Positions 1-10,958 of a stretch of DNA of 64,000 nucleotides are shown piece after piece. Below the pieces are notes generated by a model. It was not told the origin of the DNA, did not search any database, and saw only the letters and a list, made by a program, of their open reading frames with translations. Source of the DNA: an uncultured Acidobacteriota bacterium (GTDB taxonomy: Bacteria; Acidobacteriota; Terriglobia; Acidiferrales; UBA7541). The stretch spans positions 134,858-198,857 of the forward strand of contig CAVPCI010000005.1 of NCBI GenBank assembly GCA_963702375.1, in the 5' to 3' direction. The first letter of the stretch is position 1. The number at the start of each line of letters is the position of its first letter. The position numbers were made by a program, and so were the translations under genes.

Positions 1-1
1 C

Positions 2-625
2 AACCTCCTTATCAATGGCGGCTTGATCACATCCCTGATTTGGTGGGCGTGGTTTCGGCCTGGTGCGAATAAGGTCCAAGACCGCGAATATCTTTCTTAC
101 GGAATCGGCGCCTGTTTTGTGGCTGTGCTTCTTGCGCGAGCGCTCGCTGACATCCTACCTTTTCGCGAGAGACCCTTTTTCAATCCTCAACTCCATTTTC
201 AAACGCCCTATTACCCCCTTGAAGAGAGGATGATCAACTGGAGTTCTTTTCCTAGCGATCACGCAGCCCTGTTTTTTGCGCTCGCAACCTGCATTTTTCT
301 CGTTTCGCGAGGCGCTGGAATTCTGGCTTTCTGCCATGCGTTTTTTGTTGTTTCTCTGCCACGAGTCTACGTGGGACTTCACTATCCAACGGACATCCTT
401 GCGGGTGCTGCGATTGGTGTAATGGTTGCTTCCCCGGCAGCAATCGTCACCGTCAGAACGTCCGTGACCCGCCCGGCCATGCGCTGGCTCGAGCGATATC
501 CGGGGACGTTCTATGCATCTCTGTTTCTTTTGACGTTTCTGATCGCGGTCGTCTTCGATCCTGTGCGTAAGATCGGTCTCATTTTCTTCAAAATCTTGGA
601 GGCCGCTCTTCGGCACTTGCACTAG
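2..625 (+). CDS. PAP2-family membrane phosphatase (undecaprenyl-diphosphatase-like); 5' end may lie outside the window
   Basis: ORF 23..625 (TTG start in the track), with the frame open back to base 2. PAP2 blocks FRERPF / PSDHAA / SLPRVYVGLHYPTDILAG. Multiple hydrophobic helices. Confidence 0.7.
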   Translation, partial: NLLINGGLITSLIWWAWFRPGANKVQDREYLSYGIGACFVAVLLARALADILPFRERPFFNPQLHFQTPYYPLEERMINWSSFPSDHAALFFALATCIFLVSRGAGILAFCHAFFVVSLPRVYVGLHYPTDILAGAAIGVMVASPAAIVTVRTSVTRPAMRWLERYPGTFYASLFLLTFLIAVVFDPVRKIGLIFFKILEAALRHLH

Positions 626-715
626 ATCTCAGGCATCGATTATTTTTCTCGCGCGCTTCCGCTCGGCTGCCCTGGCCGAAACCGTTTCGTCTCACCCGTC
701 GATGATACTGACTCT

Positions 716-1438
716 TTACGGTTCCTGGTGGAAGAAGAAGTAAAAATCGGCGAACGACGTTTCCTCAGCTCGATTGGGGTCGAAAGGAAAACGATTCGGT
801 AGGTAGCCAGCGGGTTTCCAGCCGGGAGCTCTTTTAGCAATCCAGTCAGTGAACTTGCGGTGTCGCACGTGGGGCGAGTCGGACAGAGCGTCATAATTGC
901 TCGAATAAATAACGACATGGTGTTTGGCCCGCGCAAATAGGGAGCGCATATAGGAATCGAACACACGGTCTTCGACTAGGTGAAAAATGACGTCCAGCGA
1001 AAGTGCCAAATCGAAGGCTCTGAGATCCCTTGGAAGAGCCTCTGCCAAATAGAAGCGTTTGGTGGAATCGTGCGCAAATCGCGTGGAACAGCGTTCGATT
1101 GAAATCGTCGCCACGTCAATGCCAACGTACTCGGGGTAGCTGGCCAGCTCCAGTTGAGCGCCATCACCACAGCCGAATTCTATGACGGTTCGAACACCCT
1201 TCGCGCGCACAAACCCGTTTAGTACCTCAGCCTTGAATTCCGCCAGCCGGCCATAAGAGCCAGCTCCGGAGGTGCCGCCATTGCGATACCGAAGTTGCCA
1301 ATATAAGGACGAGCCACGAAAAGCGAGGCTGCGTGCGCGCGTAACTACTGGGAGCCGCGCGAACTTTCTGGCGGTCGGTCCGATGACAGGAATTCTCTTG
1401 ATAAGACTCTTGAGATCATCAGCCTCGTGTGAGCACAT
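716..1438 (-). CDS. class I SAM-dependent methyltransferase
   Basis: 240-aa ORF with motif I VIEFGCGDGAQL followed by YVGIDV. Last gene of the minus-strand polysaccharide block. Confidence 0.75.
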   Translation of the reverse strand: MCSHEADDLKSLIKRIPVIGPTARKFARLPVVTRARSLAFRGSSLYWQLRYRNGGTSGAGSYGRLAEFKAEVLNGFVRAKGVRTVIEFGCGDGAQLELASYPEYVGIDVATISIERCSTRFAHDSTKRFYLAEALPRDLRAFDLALSLDVIFHLVEDRVFDSYMRSLFARAKHHVVIYSSNYDALSDSPHVRHRKFTDWIAKRAPGWKPAGYLPNRFPFDPNRAEETSFADFYFFFHQEP

Positions 1439-1469
1439 ACCTCTGTCTCCAGTGGTCTAGCGATGAGGG

Positions 1470-3547
1470 CTAGTACATATCCGGTACTGATGATGCGGCA
1501 ACTTCCATTTGCGGACCAACTACATGAGTTTTCTGAAGAGAGATAATCGCGCTTGAAAGCACAGGTGCCAACGACGCGGCGAAAGTGGATGTCATGTGAT
1601 TTCCGTCCCTGTAGACCACTATGCCGTTCAACATCGGAGAGCATTGACCGGCTCTGCAAAACCTGTCCGTCATGTCGAGGACTGACACATGATCAAAGGG
1701 CTGTGCCGCTGAAATCTCGGCCTCCCAAACCGAATTGGCGAGAGCTCGTTGTTCTGGGACGTGGCATGTGTTCGCGGGAAAGAGGAGTGGATGGGTACTC
1801 GCGCGAGAAAGACAAATCGGGACATCGATATCAGGTCGAGGCGTGTCGCGTAGAAGGACTGTCAATGCTGCTACGGAATTCAGGCTCCGCAGGGTTGAAC
1901 GAGTTCCATCCCGCCATTTCTGGATCGAGAGCTGGGCATACGGATCCTCAGAGGAGGGCAGCTTCACGTAGCCTGAGGAGTCGCTGACCAGTACGATGGA
2001 AGGCCTAATATTGTAAATGTAGGATAGGGCCTTTGTCCGCCAGGTGGAGCATTCATACTCTTCGCGTTCGAGTCTCGGATTATAGACGGGAACCGTTGCG
2101 CTCGGGCATGCGGCTTTTAGCAGAGTCACCACGTGCCAGCGACCCGGGTTGGCGACTTGTATGAGGGCAGGGAGCCACTGCTCCGCGTGAGAATCACCAA
2201 AGAGCACTAGTGTCGTCGCATCGCTCGGTCCGAACGAACAAACCTTTAGTTGGTCTATTACGAAACCCGGTGAGGCAATCATGTTCATTGCCGTCACTGT
2301 TTGCCGCTGCGTTGAGAAATTCAACCTCTCCTGGCGAGGTCGCAGACCGTTTGCCCAAAGTCATAGAGAGCGTGCCGGCCAGCAGTCCGCCGATTGTTAG
2401 GGCTGCCCCGAGTGCGAGTGACAATGTGGGCTTCGCGACCAGCATACGGTGGAATCGAACCGGATTTTCGATCAGTGAATGCGTGCTCCAAGCGATGGCA
2501 AGCCTGGTCAGCAAGAGAGGAATCGCAATAAGAGGACCTTGCCTTCCCGGCAGGAGGATACGACCGAATACTAAGACGGGGCCGATGGCGGAGATACCAG
2601 GAGTAAGACAGGCCACCCAGTTTTTGGAATACACGGGACCCAAGGAGAGCGAGGAACAGGCCCGTTTGGGACACACTAAATTTCCCGGCTATTAGAATCA
2701 GAGTCGTGCCGGCAACGGGTATGAGCGCAATCACACCAGGGAAGCCATGCGCCGGTTTGATGTAGAGTGCGGGCTATGACTCTCAGGGCTGCGCCGATCC
2801 ACGCGGTGGCGGTACGACGAAGGACTCCTAAGAAGTGCCTTTTCTGAAGAAGCGTTGCAAGGCCTCCCACCGAGAACTCCCACGCCCGAGCGGGGGTACC
2901 GAAAAATGCCAGTGGGGGGATAACACGGGTGAGCCACACACTTGCAGCCAAAGACAAAATCGTAACGCCAGCGAATACTCCAACGATTGTCTTGCGAGGC
3001 CGGTTTCGCTTCATGCAGAACAATACAAGCAACGGCCACACAAGATAAAACTGTTCCTCAACGGCGAGGGACCACATATGTAGCAGCGGACTCGCTTCTA
3101 CGCTTGCGCTGAAGTAATCAGTGGATTGCAGCATAAACCAGAGGTTGCTCGCATAAGTTGCCGTGGCGATCGCACTTCTCGATAGGCGTATTACTTCGAT
3201 CGGCGAGAGCATAGCGAAACCCGCGAAAAGCACACAGAAGAGCATCAGTAACGCTGCAGGCAGCAGCCTTCTGATGCGCCGGGCATAAAAGCGCGGAAAA
3301 TCTATCTTTCCCAGGTGCGTTCGACCTCAGCCACTAATAAGTCAGTGATGAGATAACCAGAAAGAACGAAAAAGACATCAACGCCAACGAATCCACCATG
3401 AAGCCACGGTATGCCCGCATGAAAAGACACGACCAAGAGGATCGCAACAGCCCTAAGTCCTTCGATGTCTCGCCAAAAGCTTGACTGCCGAGCCGGTGAG
3501 ACGCCGTCAAGCGTAGTAGGTAGCACGGATAAGACTGTAGCTTTCAA
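1470..3547 (-). pseudogene. OafA/YrhL-type acyltransferase-3 fused to an SGNH domain, interrupted by at least 4 frameshifts
   Basis: Five collinear fragments in different frames together give ~692 aa. They are 3302..3547 (AILLVVSFHAG...VDVFFVLSGYLI), ~2735..3320 (GKIDFPRFYARRIRRLLP, WSLAVEEQFYLVWP), ~2590..2734 (LSYSWYLRHRP), ~2325..2600 (PVLVFGRILLPG...IENPVRF) and 1470..2324 (LVLFGDSHAEQW, the SGNH GDS block). Junctions lie near 3310, 2740 and 2580, and within 2194-2324. Confidence 0.8.
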
Positions 3548-3672
3548 AGCCTGTCACCCGAGCAGTATTCAGCAGTTCGGTCGAGCACCAACACTTCAGA
3601 CCAGGAGAGTTCTGCAGAACTCAACGATTCAACGGAACAGCGGAACCAGAAGAAAAGCCTTATGCGCCCGAC

Positions 3673-4973
3673 TCAGTGTTTCCTGCTGGCGGTCAGGAGA
3701 ATCGGCTCGCTCCCCACTGGGACCGTGTTACCAGCAATCGGATTTACGATGCCGTTTTCGAGGGTACGGTAAGTCGTGAAGGCTGAGTTTACAGCCTTCG
3801 AACTTGTCGTATTCGAGTTCCAAACAATCTGTGCGGCGTCCCCATTCGGGAGTGTGAGCGCGCAGTACCAGGTCGCATCGGGAGATTGCGTGCAAGGCGC
3901 CTGTGAACTTACCGAGCCGACGAGCCAATTTTCGAGCAGGCCGTAGGCATTGCCCGCGGCATTCATACCACTGAAGGAGTTCCACAAGGGGCCCCATTGG
4001 GGACCGCCATCCCAGGAATACCAATAGAACCGGGCGACGTTTTTCGACCACAAGATGATGTATTCCTGGGCGAGTACGCTGCCTGTTGGGAGGATGTGAG
4101 ACCAGTGACTCCCCAGCTTCCCTCCGTGACCCATAGCGGCTGGTTACCGATCCCGTATTGCGTCATCAAAGCTCGCGTGTTATCTACGATTAAGGGCAAC
4201 TGATCGAGGTGAGGACCCACATAAGCGTGGAAAGCGACTATGTCCTGATACGCTGCGCCCCCCGCGGCGTAATAGGCTTGCAGCCACTTAACTACATTTA
4301 GCCCGTGCGGGCTTGGGCCAAGTACGAGGGCATCTTTATCCAGACTGTGGATGATATCGTAGGCATCTCGCGCCATAGTTACGAGTTGCGCGTCCGTTCC
4401 CGTCCATGTGCAGCGTTTCGTACAGTCCGGTTCGTTCCAGATCTCATAATATTTGATGTGTGCGGTCGGCGATGAGAGCGAATGCTGCACCAGAGCGTTC
4501 ACGAATGTTTTCCAGATGTTGTCGCCGGACTCGACGTCTGATGGCGGGGAGGCACAACCCATTCCATACCCACAGGGCTCGCTTGGTCTAAGCGAGGCCC
4601 AGGTCGGGGTCCTCCCGAACGCATAGAGAACATCCGTATGGCTTGCATCTGCAGCCGCGAGCCACTTATCCAAATTGTTCCAGTTGTACCTGCCGCTGGC
4701 TTTTTCAATGTCCTGCCATGAAACGTAATTGTCCCATAGTCGAATGCCTCCAAAAGGCACGGAAGGCCACGTCGCAGAAGGAATAAAATGGTTCCAATTC
4801 ATCGAAAAGAAAGTACCTGGGAGTGGTGAGGATGATTTAGCAACTACAGCGGTCGAGATGCCTGAGCGACGATTTGTGTCTTGGCTCTCACCCACAGTTG
4901 CGATGGTTACGAGCAGCAAAGCTAAGATGGGCACCCGTGGCCAAGAGACGATCCTCCAGTTCTTGCGACCCAT
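3673..4973 (-). pseudogene. secreted clan GH-A glycoside hydrolase (PslG/GH39-like), one frameshift
   Basis: ORF 3963..4973 has a signal-peptide-like N-terminus, YYEIWNEPD (acid/base region) and LWVTEGSW (nucleophile region). It continues in another frame as 3673..4134 (AQEYIILWS...). The junction is near 4080 and the combined length is ~433 aa. Confidence 0.6.
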
Positions 4974-5069
4974 CAGCCCAACGCTCGGTGAGAAGATGTT
5001 TTTCCCAAAAGTTCCGAAGTGCCGTTCTTAATTGTCATGTGTCAGCAGGCTCACCACGCGTGCTAGGGA

Positions 5070-6287
5070 CTAGACTGCTCGCGACTCCACGAACGTAAAC
5101 CTACTCTTCAGCCGCAACCACGGAGTCTCTAAATACTTATAGGAAAGGGCTGCTAAAGCTATCGTCAGTGCGAGCGCCACAACCCGATCGGCAACGAACA
5201 GGGATAACGCAATCGTCGAGTGGTTTGAACCAAAATGCTCAAAATACTTTCTCGCAAAAGAAGTGGCCGCTAATGCGATTCCGTGGAACACATATAGTCC
5301 ATAGGAAATTTTCCCGAGATAAACCACGTATGGAGGTATGCCTTTGACAGACGCGCCGAGCAGTGAAAGAAAAATGCAAAGGCAGCCAATGGCGACGAGT
5401 TCGTAACCAATCATCATGCTCGAGGGAGTGTGGTGGGGGAGTGGATCCTTAATCAGGCAAGCTCCGCTGGCTGTGACCCAGCACACAGCGCCCGCCATGA
5501 AGATCGTGACGCGCGCTGACGTCGAAAAGGACGGGACTTTCCCAGAAAGGTAGATTGCCAGGAGCGCCCCTAAGGAGAAGAACTGAAATTGCACTATGCT
5601 ATTGAGCCAAACCGTTACTTCAAGGTGCTGCTGATACTTGCTCACGAGTGCGATCGCAATCAGCGACAGCGGCATGCAGACAAACGACACGATTGCGATA
5701 GACGTCACTCCGCCTAGCTTAGCGATCGTCGGCCAGACAATATAGAATTGCTCCTCTACTGAAATGCTCCACAGCCAACCTAGCGCGCTCGGGCCAACAG
5801 GATTTGCGACAATGTACCAATTGCCGACGAATAGCGCGTACGCGATCAGTTGCCTTACTTCCATATGAAAGAATGGAACTAACGAGCCGGCTACCGCCGC
5901 TGCCAGTAGAACTGCGAAATACAGCGGCCAGATCCGCAAACTTCGCCGGACGTAAAATGCTTTTAGATGGACTGTGTTCGTTTGAAGGTATTCTCGCCGG
6001 AGCAGTTCGGTAATCAAATACGAACTGAGCATAAAAAACAGGCAGACCCCGAAGTTACCCGCCTCTCTTGTGGCTTGTAAAAGCCGCCACAAAAATCCGG
6101 CGGCGCCATGAAAACTCTGCGGCATATGAAACGGCAAACCATGGCAGAAAAAAACACTAAGGAAAGCCACAAACCGAAGTACATCCAACTCCGGATGATA
6201 GAACTTAGGCGCCTTAGGTTTTGCGGCTGGCGCAGGCCGCACCGCTACTGCGACAGGTGAATCTGTGGTTAGTCCGATCGCTCCCAT
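5070..6287 (-). CDS. acyltransferase family 3 (membrane O-acyltransferase), intact
   Basis: 405-aa polytopic ORF with LDVLRFVAFLSVFFCH, FYVRRSLRIWPLYF and WSISVEEQFYIVWP. Confidence 0.8.
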   Translation of the reverse strand: MGAIGLTTDSPVAVAVRPAPAAKPKAPKFYHPELDVLRFVAFLSVFFCHGLPFHMPQSFHGAAGFLWRLLQATREAGNFGVCLFFMLSSYLITELLRREYLQTNTVHLKAFYVRRSLRIWPLYFAVLLAAAVAGSLVPFFHMEVRQLIAYALFVGNWYIVANPVGPSALGWLWSISVEEQFYIVWPTIAKLGGVTSIAIVSFVCMPLSLIAIALVSKYQQHLEVTVWLNSIVQFQFFSLGALLAIYLSGKVPSFSTSARVTIFMAGAVCWVTASGACLIKDPLPHHTPSSMMIGYELVAIGCLCIFLSLLGASVKGIPPYVVYLGKISYGLYVFHGIALAATSFARKYFEHFGSNHSTIALSLFVADRVVALALTIALAALSYKYLETPWLRLKSRFTFVESRAV

Positions 6288-6360
6288 TAGCGTTCCGGAG
6301 CCGCCAAATCTAACTCAAGATCGAATCATTACTAATTGAAAGGCCAAGTAGAGGCTCACT

Positions 6361-7701
6361 TCATTGTAAAACGACTTCGGAGGAAGGGGTGCCAAGTTTC
6401 AGAATTTGAGATTTCAGCTCACCTAGCTTGATTGTGCCGGTTAGATCCATACAGACTTGATCGGCTCTTAAGTTTTGCAGAATGTGGCGCTCCCGGTCGT
6501 TCATTTTCTTCAGCACGACGATAACTCGCGCTTCTTGAACCATCGTCTCAAGGTTATTGGTCAATAATTTCCAGATGTGAGGGATATTTCGCTCGATGAA
6601 AGAAAGATTGGTCCCGTGGATCGTCTCCCGCGAGATAGCCGGCTCGTAGATTGTTACATCCAGTCCTTTTCCGATAAGCCTCTCGGCAAACTCAACGGCG
6701 GGACTCTCCCGCAGATCATCAGTACCCTCTTTGAACGTGAGGCCGAAAAGGCCAATCACCTTTTCGCCAATGTTCAAGACGTGGTCGATGCAGCTCTCCA
6801 AATGGGCTTTGTTACTGGGGAGAATACTTTGAATGATTGGTAACGGAAGTCCTCGGTGCCGCGATTCGGCGACCACCGCTCTCAGGTCTTTTGGCAAACA
6901 TGATCCACCGAAGGCGAAGCCGGGCTTCATGTACATCGGAGAAATGTTGAGCTTGGTGTCCATGCATACGATTTCCATCACGCGCCGGCCGTCTACGTTG
7001 AGAGATTCACTCAGGTGTCCTATCTCATTCGCGAACGAAACTTTCAATGCATGAAAGGCGTTGCAAGCATATTTGACGAGGCATGCGGTTCCGATGTCGG
7101 TAAAAACAATTGGCGCGCTAACCTTGCTGTAGAGTTGTGCGACCGTCTGAGCAGCCCAGCTTCCATTGTGGCCAACTACCACCATGGGCGCTTCATAGAA
7201 ATCGCGGATCGCCGTCCCCTCACGCAGAAACTCAGGGTTGTAGCAAAACTGGAGCTGATCGCCGAGTTTTTTCCCGGCTACCTGTTCAAGAAGGGGAATT
7301 AGTTGGCCTTCCACGACGTTCGGCATCACAGTGCTTCGCAAGATCACGACGAAAGGAGCCTTCCTATCGCGAAGGGCAATTCCGATAGAGGTCAAAACGG
7401 CGCGCAATGCATCGAGTTTAATTTCGCCTGTGCGCTCCGAGGGCGTGCCCACGCAGACCAAAGCCATATCTGTCGTGCCAATTGCTTCCGCTTCGTTCGT
7501 AGTCGCGGTCAAGGTCGCACACCTCCTCGCCTCGCGCAAAAGCTCCTCGAGCCCAGGTTCAAAGAACGGGGCGTGGCCATCAGCAACGGCGGAGACTTTC
7601 CGCGCATCAACATCCACGCCGACCACCGTGTGGCCGTCTTGCGCCAAACAAGCGGCCGAAACACATCCGACGTATCCCAATCCGAAGACGCTAATCTTCA
7701 T
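6361..7701 (-). CDS. nucleotide-sugar 6-dehydrogenase, closest by eye to GDP-mannose 6-dehydrogenase (AlgD type)
   Basis: 446 aa. MKISVFGLGYVGCVSAACLAQDGH Rossmann start, NPEFLREGTAIRDF, catalytic FGGSCLPKDL and FKEGTDDLRESP. Collinear with Pseudomonas AlgD as I remember it. Confidence 0.7.
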   Translation of the reverse strand: MKISVFGLGYVGCVSAACLAQDGHTVVGVDVDARKVSAVADGHAPFFEPGLEELLREARRCATLTATTNEAEAIGTTDMALVCVGTPSERTGEIKLDALRAVLTSIGIALRDRKAPFVVILRSTVMPNVVEGQLIPLLEQVAGKKLGDQLQFCYNPEFLREGTAIRDFYEAPMVVVGHNGSWAAQTVAQLYSKVSAPIVFTDIGTACLVKYACNAFHALKVSFANEIGHLSESLNVDGRRVMEIVCMDTKLNISPMYMKPGFAFGGSCLPKDLRAVVAESRHRGLPLPIIQSILPSNKAHLESCIDHVLNIGEKVIGLFGLTFKEGTDDLRESPAVEFAERLIGKGLDVTIYEPAISRETIHGTNLSFIERNIPHIWKLLTNNLETMVQEARVIVVLKKMNDRERHILQNLRADQVCMDLTGTIKLGELKSQILKLGTPSSEVVLQ

Positions 7702-7778
7702 GGCCTATCCTTTCTCGCTGCTTCCTCTTAAATGGTGGCAATCGGATGCACAACCTGTGAGAAGTTACGTGTTGCGGT

Positions 7779-8972
7779 CTATCTCTGAAGGGACGTCCCA
7801 GCCTCGGGATCTGCCAATTTCGGCAAGCCTACGTGCGCGGAAGCGCCATAACGCGCCAAACATTCCTTAATTCCTGCTCTAAAATTTTCTACCATGACTT
7901 CCATCGTGTACTGAGAGCCCGACTGTCGAGCTCCCGTGCGGAGCTTTGCCATCCAAGCCGGGTTCGAGAGAACTTCCAGAACGGCGTCCGCAAATCTTTC
8001 TGCATCGTGCGGAGCCAAGCGTCCATTTTCGCCGTCAACCACGTAGCTGATCTCGGGCGGATGCGTTGCGAGACGAGTGGCTAGCAGAGGCAACCCGGCA
8101 GCAAAGCTATCAACTACCGCCAAGCCGGCCGTCCCAGCCAGCAGGAATACGTCAGACATTTTGTAGTACAAAGCGCTTTCTCGCCCGTACTTCGATCCCA
8201 GATAGTGAATCCAAGGTTGATTCTCAATGGCGTTCTCCAGCCATACACGATCGGGACCATTCCCGATCAGAACGAGATGAAACCTGGGGCACTTTCGCTT
8301 CACCAACATAGCTGTTTCGAGCAAAAGGGGGAGCGCCTTGATCTCGCCGACCAACCCGCAGTACAGACCGATCAAACTATCACGCTTGCCGGTCAACAGT
8401 TCTTTCGCCGCCGCGACATCCTCGTCCGGGACTTCATTCATAAGCCTTCGCAGCTCCGCCGTGTCAGAAGCATTTTGTACATTGGTGATCCTGTCTGCCG
8501 GCATCCCTTTCTTTTCCAAATATTCCGCGATGGATGCGGTATAGGCAAACCACCAATCGACCTTGGTGAAAAAGCGCTCTTTGAACCATTCCGCTAGCCT
8601 CGAACGATCCGGGTGCCTGTTTGGACCAAGCCCCCAGAAGGCAACCGTCTTAAGGCGTAACGCTGACAGGATCAGAAGAATGGGATTGATCAAGTATTTG
8701 ATTTCGGGACCCACAATCACGACGTCCGCCACGAGAATCTCTCTCCACAAAGCCTGATATATCAAGCGGTTACCGAACCAGTATGCCTTGACCTTATAGC
8801 CGAACTCGTCGGGGAGCTCGGCGCCGTCGTTGCGCGCGGCGTGCGCGGAATTTGGGTCGCTATAGGCGACGACCAGGTTGATGCCGTCGTTCATCAGCGC
8901 GCGGTGCAGCTGAGTGAAAAAGGGCTTCCGATAATGCTTCATTACCGCCTGTATGATCAGGACTCGGGGCAT
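7779..8972 (-). CDS. glycosyltransferase family 4 (GT-B)
   Basis: ORF 7779..9044. I prefer the ATG at 8972 (MPRVLIIQ). The C-terminal half has the GT4-type pattern (LVLIGNGPD, SDVFLLAGTAGLAVVDSFAAGLPLL). Confidence 0.75.
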   Translation of the reverse strand: MPRVLIIQAVMKHYRKPFFTQLHRALMNDGINLVVAYSDPNSAHAARNDGAELPDEFGYKVKAYWFGNRLIYQALWREILVADVVIVGPEIKYLINPILLILSALRLKTVAFWGLGPNRHPDRSRLAEWFKERFFTKVDWWFAYTASIAEYLEKKGMPADRITNVQNASDTAELRRLMNEVPDEDVAAAKELLTGKRDSLIGLYCGLVGEIKALPLLLETAMLVKRKCPRFHLVLIGNGPDRVWLENAIENQPWIHYLGSKYGRESALYYKMSDVFLLAGTAGLAVVDSFAAGLPLLATRLATHPPEISYVVDGENGRLAPHDAERFADAVLEVLSNPAWMAKLRTGARQSGSQYTMEVMVENFRAGIKECLARYGASAHVGLPKLADPEAGTSLQR

Positions 8973-9945
8973 ATGGATGACATTTAATGCGTCGAGTTTG
9001 AAGGATCTTTTGCGACAAACTCGAAACAAGAGCGTCGACATCACTGGGCGTGTATGTGTTCTCGATTTGAATGTCGTTCTGGCCCAGGCCGACGTTCGAT
9101 AGACACAATGCCGTGTCCTGCGTCTCGGGTAATGTTGGGAAATTGAGCGGATGGCTTTCGACCTGTTTTATCATGAACCGCGCTCGGACTGCGTTGACGT
9201 GTAGCCATACGTCGTCCGCCGTTGGACACTGCTGTTCGAATCCTCTGCCAGCGCTCTTCAGTGCTTGCAAAAAGGCCGGTGGATAGAGGCGGCCCGAACT
9301 ACCCACAGCAAAATTAAGAAAGCCGGGCTTTGCCGATTTGCAGGGTCCCCAGGTGCGATACGGAGCAATCGCGCCATCGACAATTGTAATTTGATGAGCC
9401 CGGCAACAGTGAATTACCGTGCGGTTTCCATCAAAGCTCTTTACTAGACTTCTCAGCCAGCCAGTAGGATACAGAACATCATCGTCGGCCGTAACCAAAG
9501 GTGTTTCAAATGCATCGGTTGACTCAACGAAGGGATAATATTTCTTGTGAGGGCCGTAGTTCGGGGTAAGTTTTATTTCCAGGCCTCTTTCTTGGAGCCT
9601 GCGAAGTGAGCGGGGCGGATTCTTAAAGGCCTCCAAGTTATCCAGCCATAAGATAATCCGTGACGGCAGCAGAGATCCGCTTGCGATGGACTCGAGAGTC
9701 AGATGCACCGTCTCTATTCGTTTGCCATACGTGGTGAGAGAAACTATGGGGCCACCGGGCGCAACCATCGGTTTTCTCGTCGTCTGGTTCCGGCGAGCCA
9801 ACCATTTCGCATTGATTCGCGCGAATTTAGCGTCCTGCCTTAGTAATAGAAGCCACAGCCGCCGCAATGATTCAGCAGGCGATTGCATGTTTGGAGCACT
9901 AGAATTGAAGAAATCAGTTTGCACTGGAAGATGGGCCACCGACAC
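8860..9945 (-). CDS. putative GT-A type glycosyltransferase (DDD motif); family uncertain
   Basis: 361-aa ORF with SLTTYGKRIETVHLTLESI...IILWLD...GPHKKY...TADDDVLYP. The 3' end overlaps the next gene by ~110 nt, so the C-terminus is suspect. Confidence 0.45.
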   Translation of the reverse strand: MSVAHLPVQTDFFNSSAPNMQSPAESLRRLWLLLLRQDAKFARINAKWLARRNQTTRKPMVAPGGPIVSLTTYGKRIETVHLTLESIASGSLLPSRIILWLDNLEAFKNPPRSLRRLQERGLEIKLTPNYGPHKKYYPFVESTDAFETPLVTADDDVLYPTGWLRSLVKSFDGNRTVIHCCRAHQITIVDGAIAPYRTWGPCKSAKPGFLNFAVGSSGRLYPPAFLQALKSAGRGFEQQCPTADDVWLHVNAVRARFMIKQVESHPLNFPTLPETQDTALCLSNVGLGQNDIQIENTYTPSDVDALVSSLSQKILQTRRIKCHPYAPSPDHTGGNEALSEALFHSAAPRADERRHQPGRRL

Positions 9946-10079
9946 TATCCGTTAAGCTTTGCTCAAAACAGTTACTCGTGAAGACGTTTCTATCGTCTTG
10001 AACCCCAGATCCGCGAGTCCTGACATGAGGGTCTGAACTTTCTCTTCTCCAATCACGTGGGGATGAACCTCCATGATAA

Positions 10080-10956
10080 TCAGCTCCGCAGCGCGAGCGC
10101 GTCCGCCTCTCGCATGACCAATTCATATTCCTGACCTTCGATGTCGCAGATCAGAGCGAACTTGTCAAATCGCTCCTCTTGCAAGATTTGGCGGAGCTCA
10201 GTCGTTTGCACGGTCACCGGCGGTTGGTGGGCTCCTTCGTGATGCAGCGAATTATTCCAAAAGTCGAGCCAAGGGCTAAATGTAACGGTATTCGCGTTAT
10301 ACGCCAGCGCTCGATTGACGATCTTGAATGAGCAGTGGTTGGCATCTCGATTTGATTTCAGATGTGGAATCGCGAGGGGGTTTGCCTCCAACACTACGTG
10401 CGCTGCGGGGGTTTGGAGCAGTTTATTTGTAACGCAAGCGACGACGCCAATACAGCCTCCCAACTCGACCACCGCCCACTCCCTCCGAATATACCGTCGA
10501 GCGGCACTCCTCTCGCGGTGCTCGTAGGCGCCGGTAAGAACTCGACTTCATCCGAGTATTAGGAATCTTGTATAAATCGAATTGGCAACCGTCAAGCGAA
10601 ATGACCTTATCACGTCCCCGAACATAGATGCTGACCTTTACCTTAACGGCTCTGAAAACACTATTAGTGAACGCGGCCAGCCCTTTATTCCTCAACATCC
10701 GATAGGCGGCAGATACCTTTCGTGTCGCGGTGCCGATCTTTACCTTGTATTGCGATGCTGCGGATAGGCGTTTCACAATTGCGACCTTAGACGATTCCTG
10801 GTCAGACGGACTGCCCAGGTTGCCGCAAGGGAGAAGGATGATTTGCAAATTTTTGTAAATTCCGATTGAGATTTCTCCCGGCCCTCCGGAACCGGCGCAT
10901 TGCTCTACGGGCAAAAACCCAGCGGCTACATCCAAGAGGGGCCTGTGCGGATTCAC
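10080..10956 (-). pseudogene. FkbM-family methyltransferase, one frameshift
   Basis: 10080..10472 carries VELGGCIGVVA and CDIEGQEYELV (FkbM blocks). In its own frame the upstream sequence reads SRVLTGAYEHRERSAARRYI directly after a stop. The N-terminal part sits in the frame of 10423..10956. Junction ~10545-10550, total ~292 aa. Confidence 0.65.
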
Positions 10957-10958
10957 TT

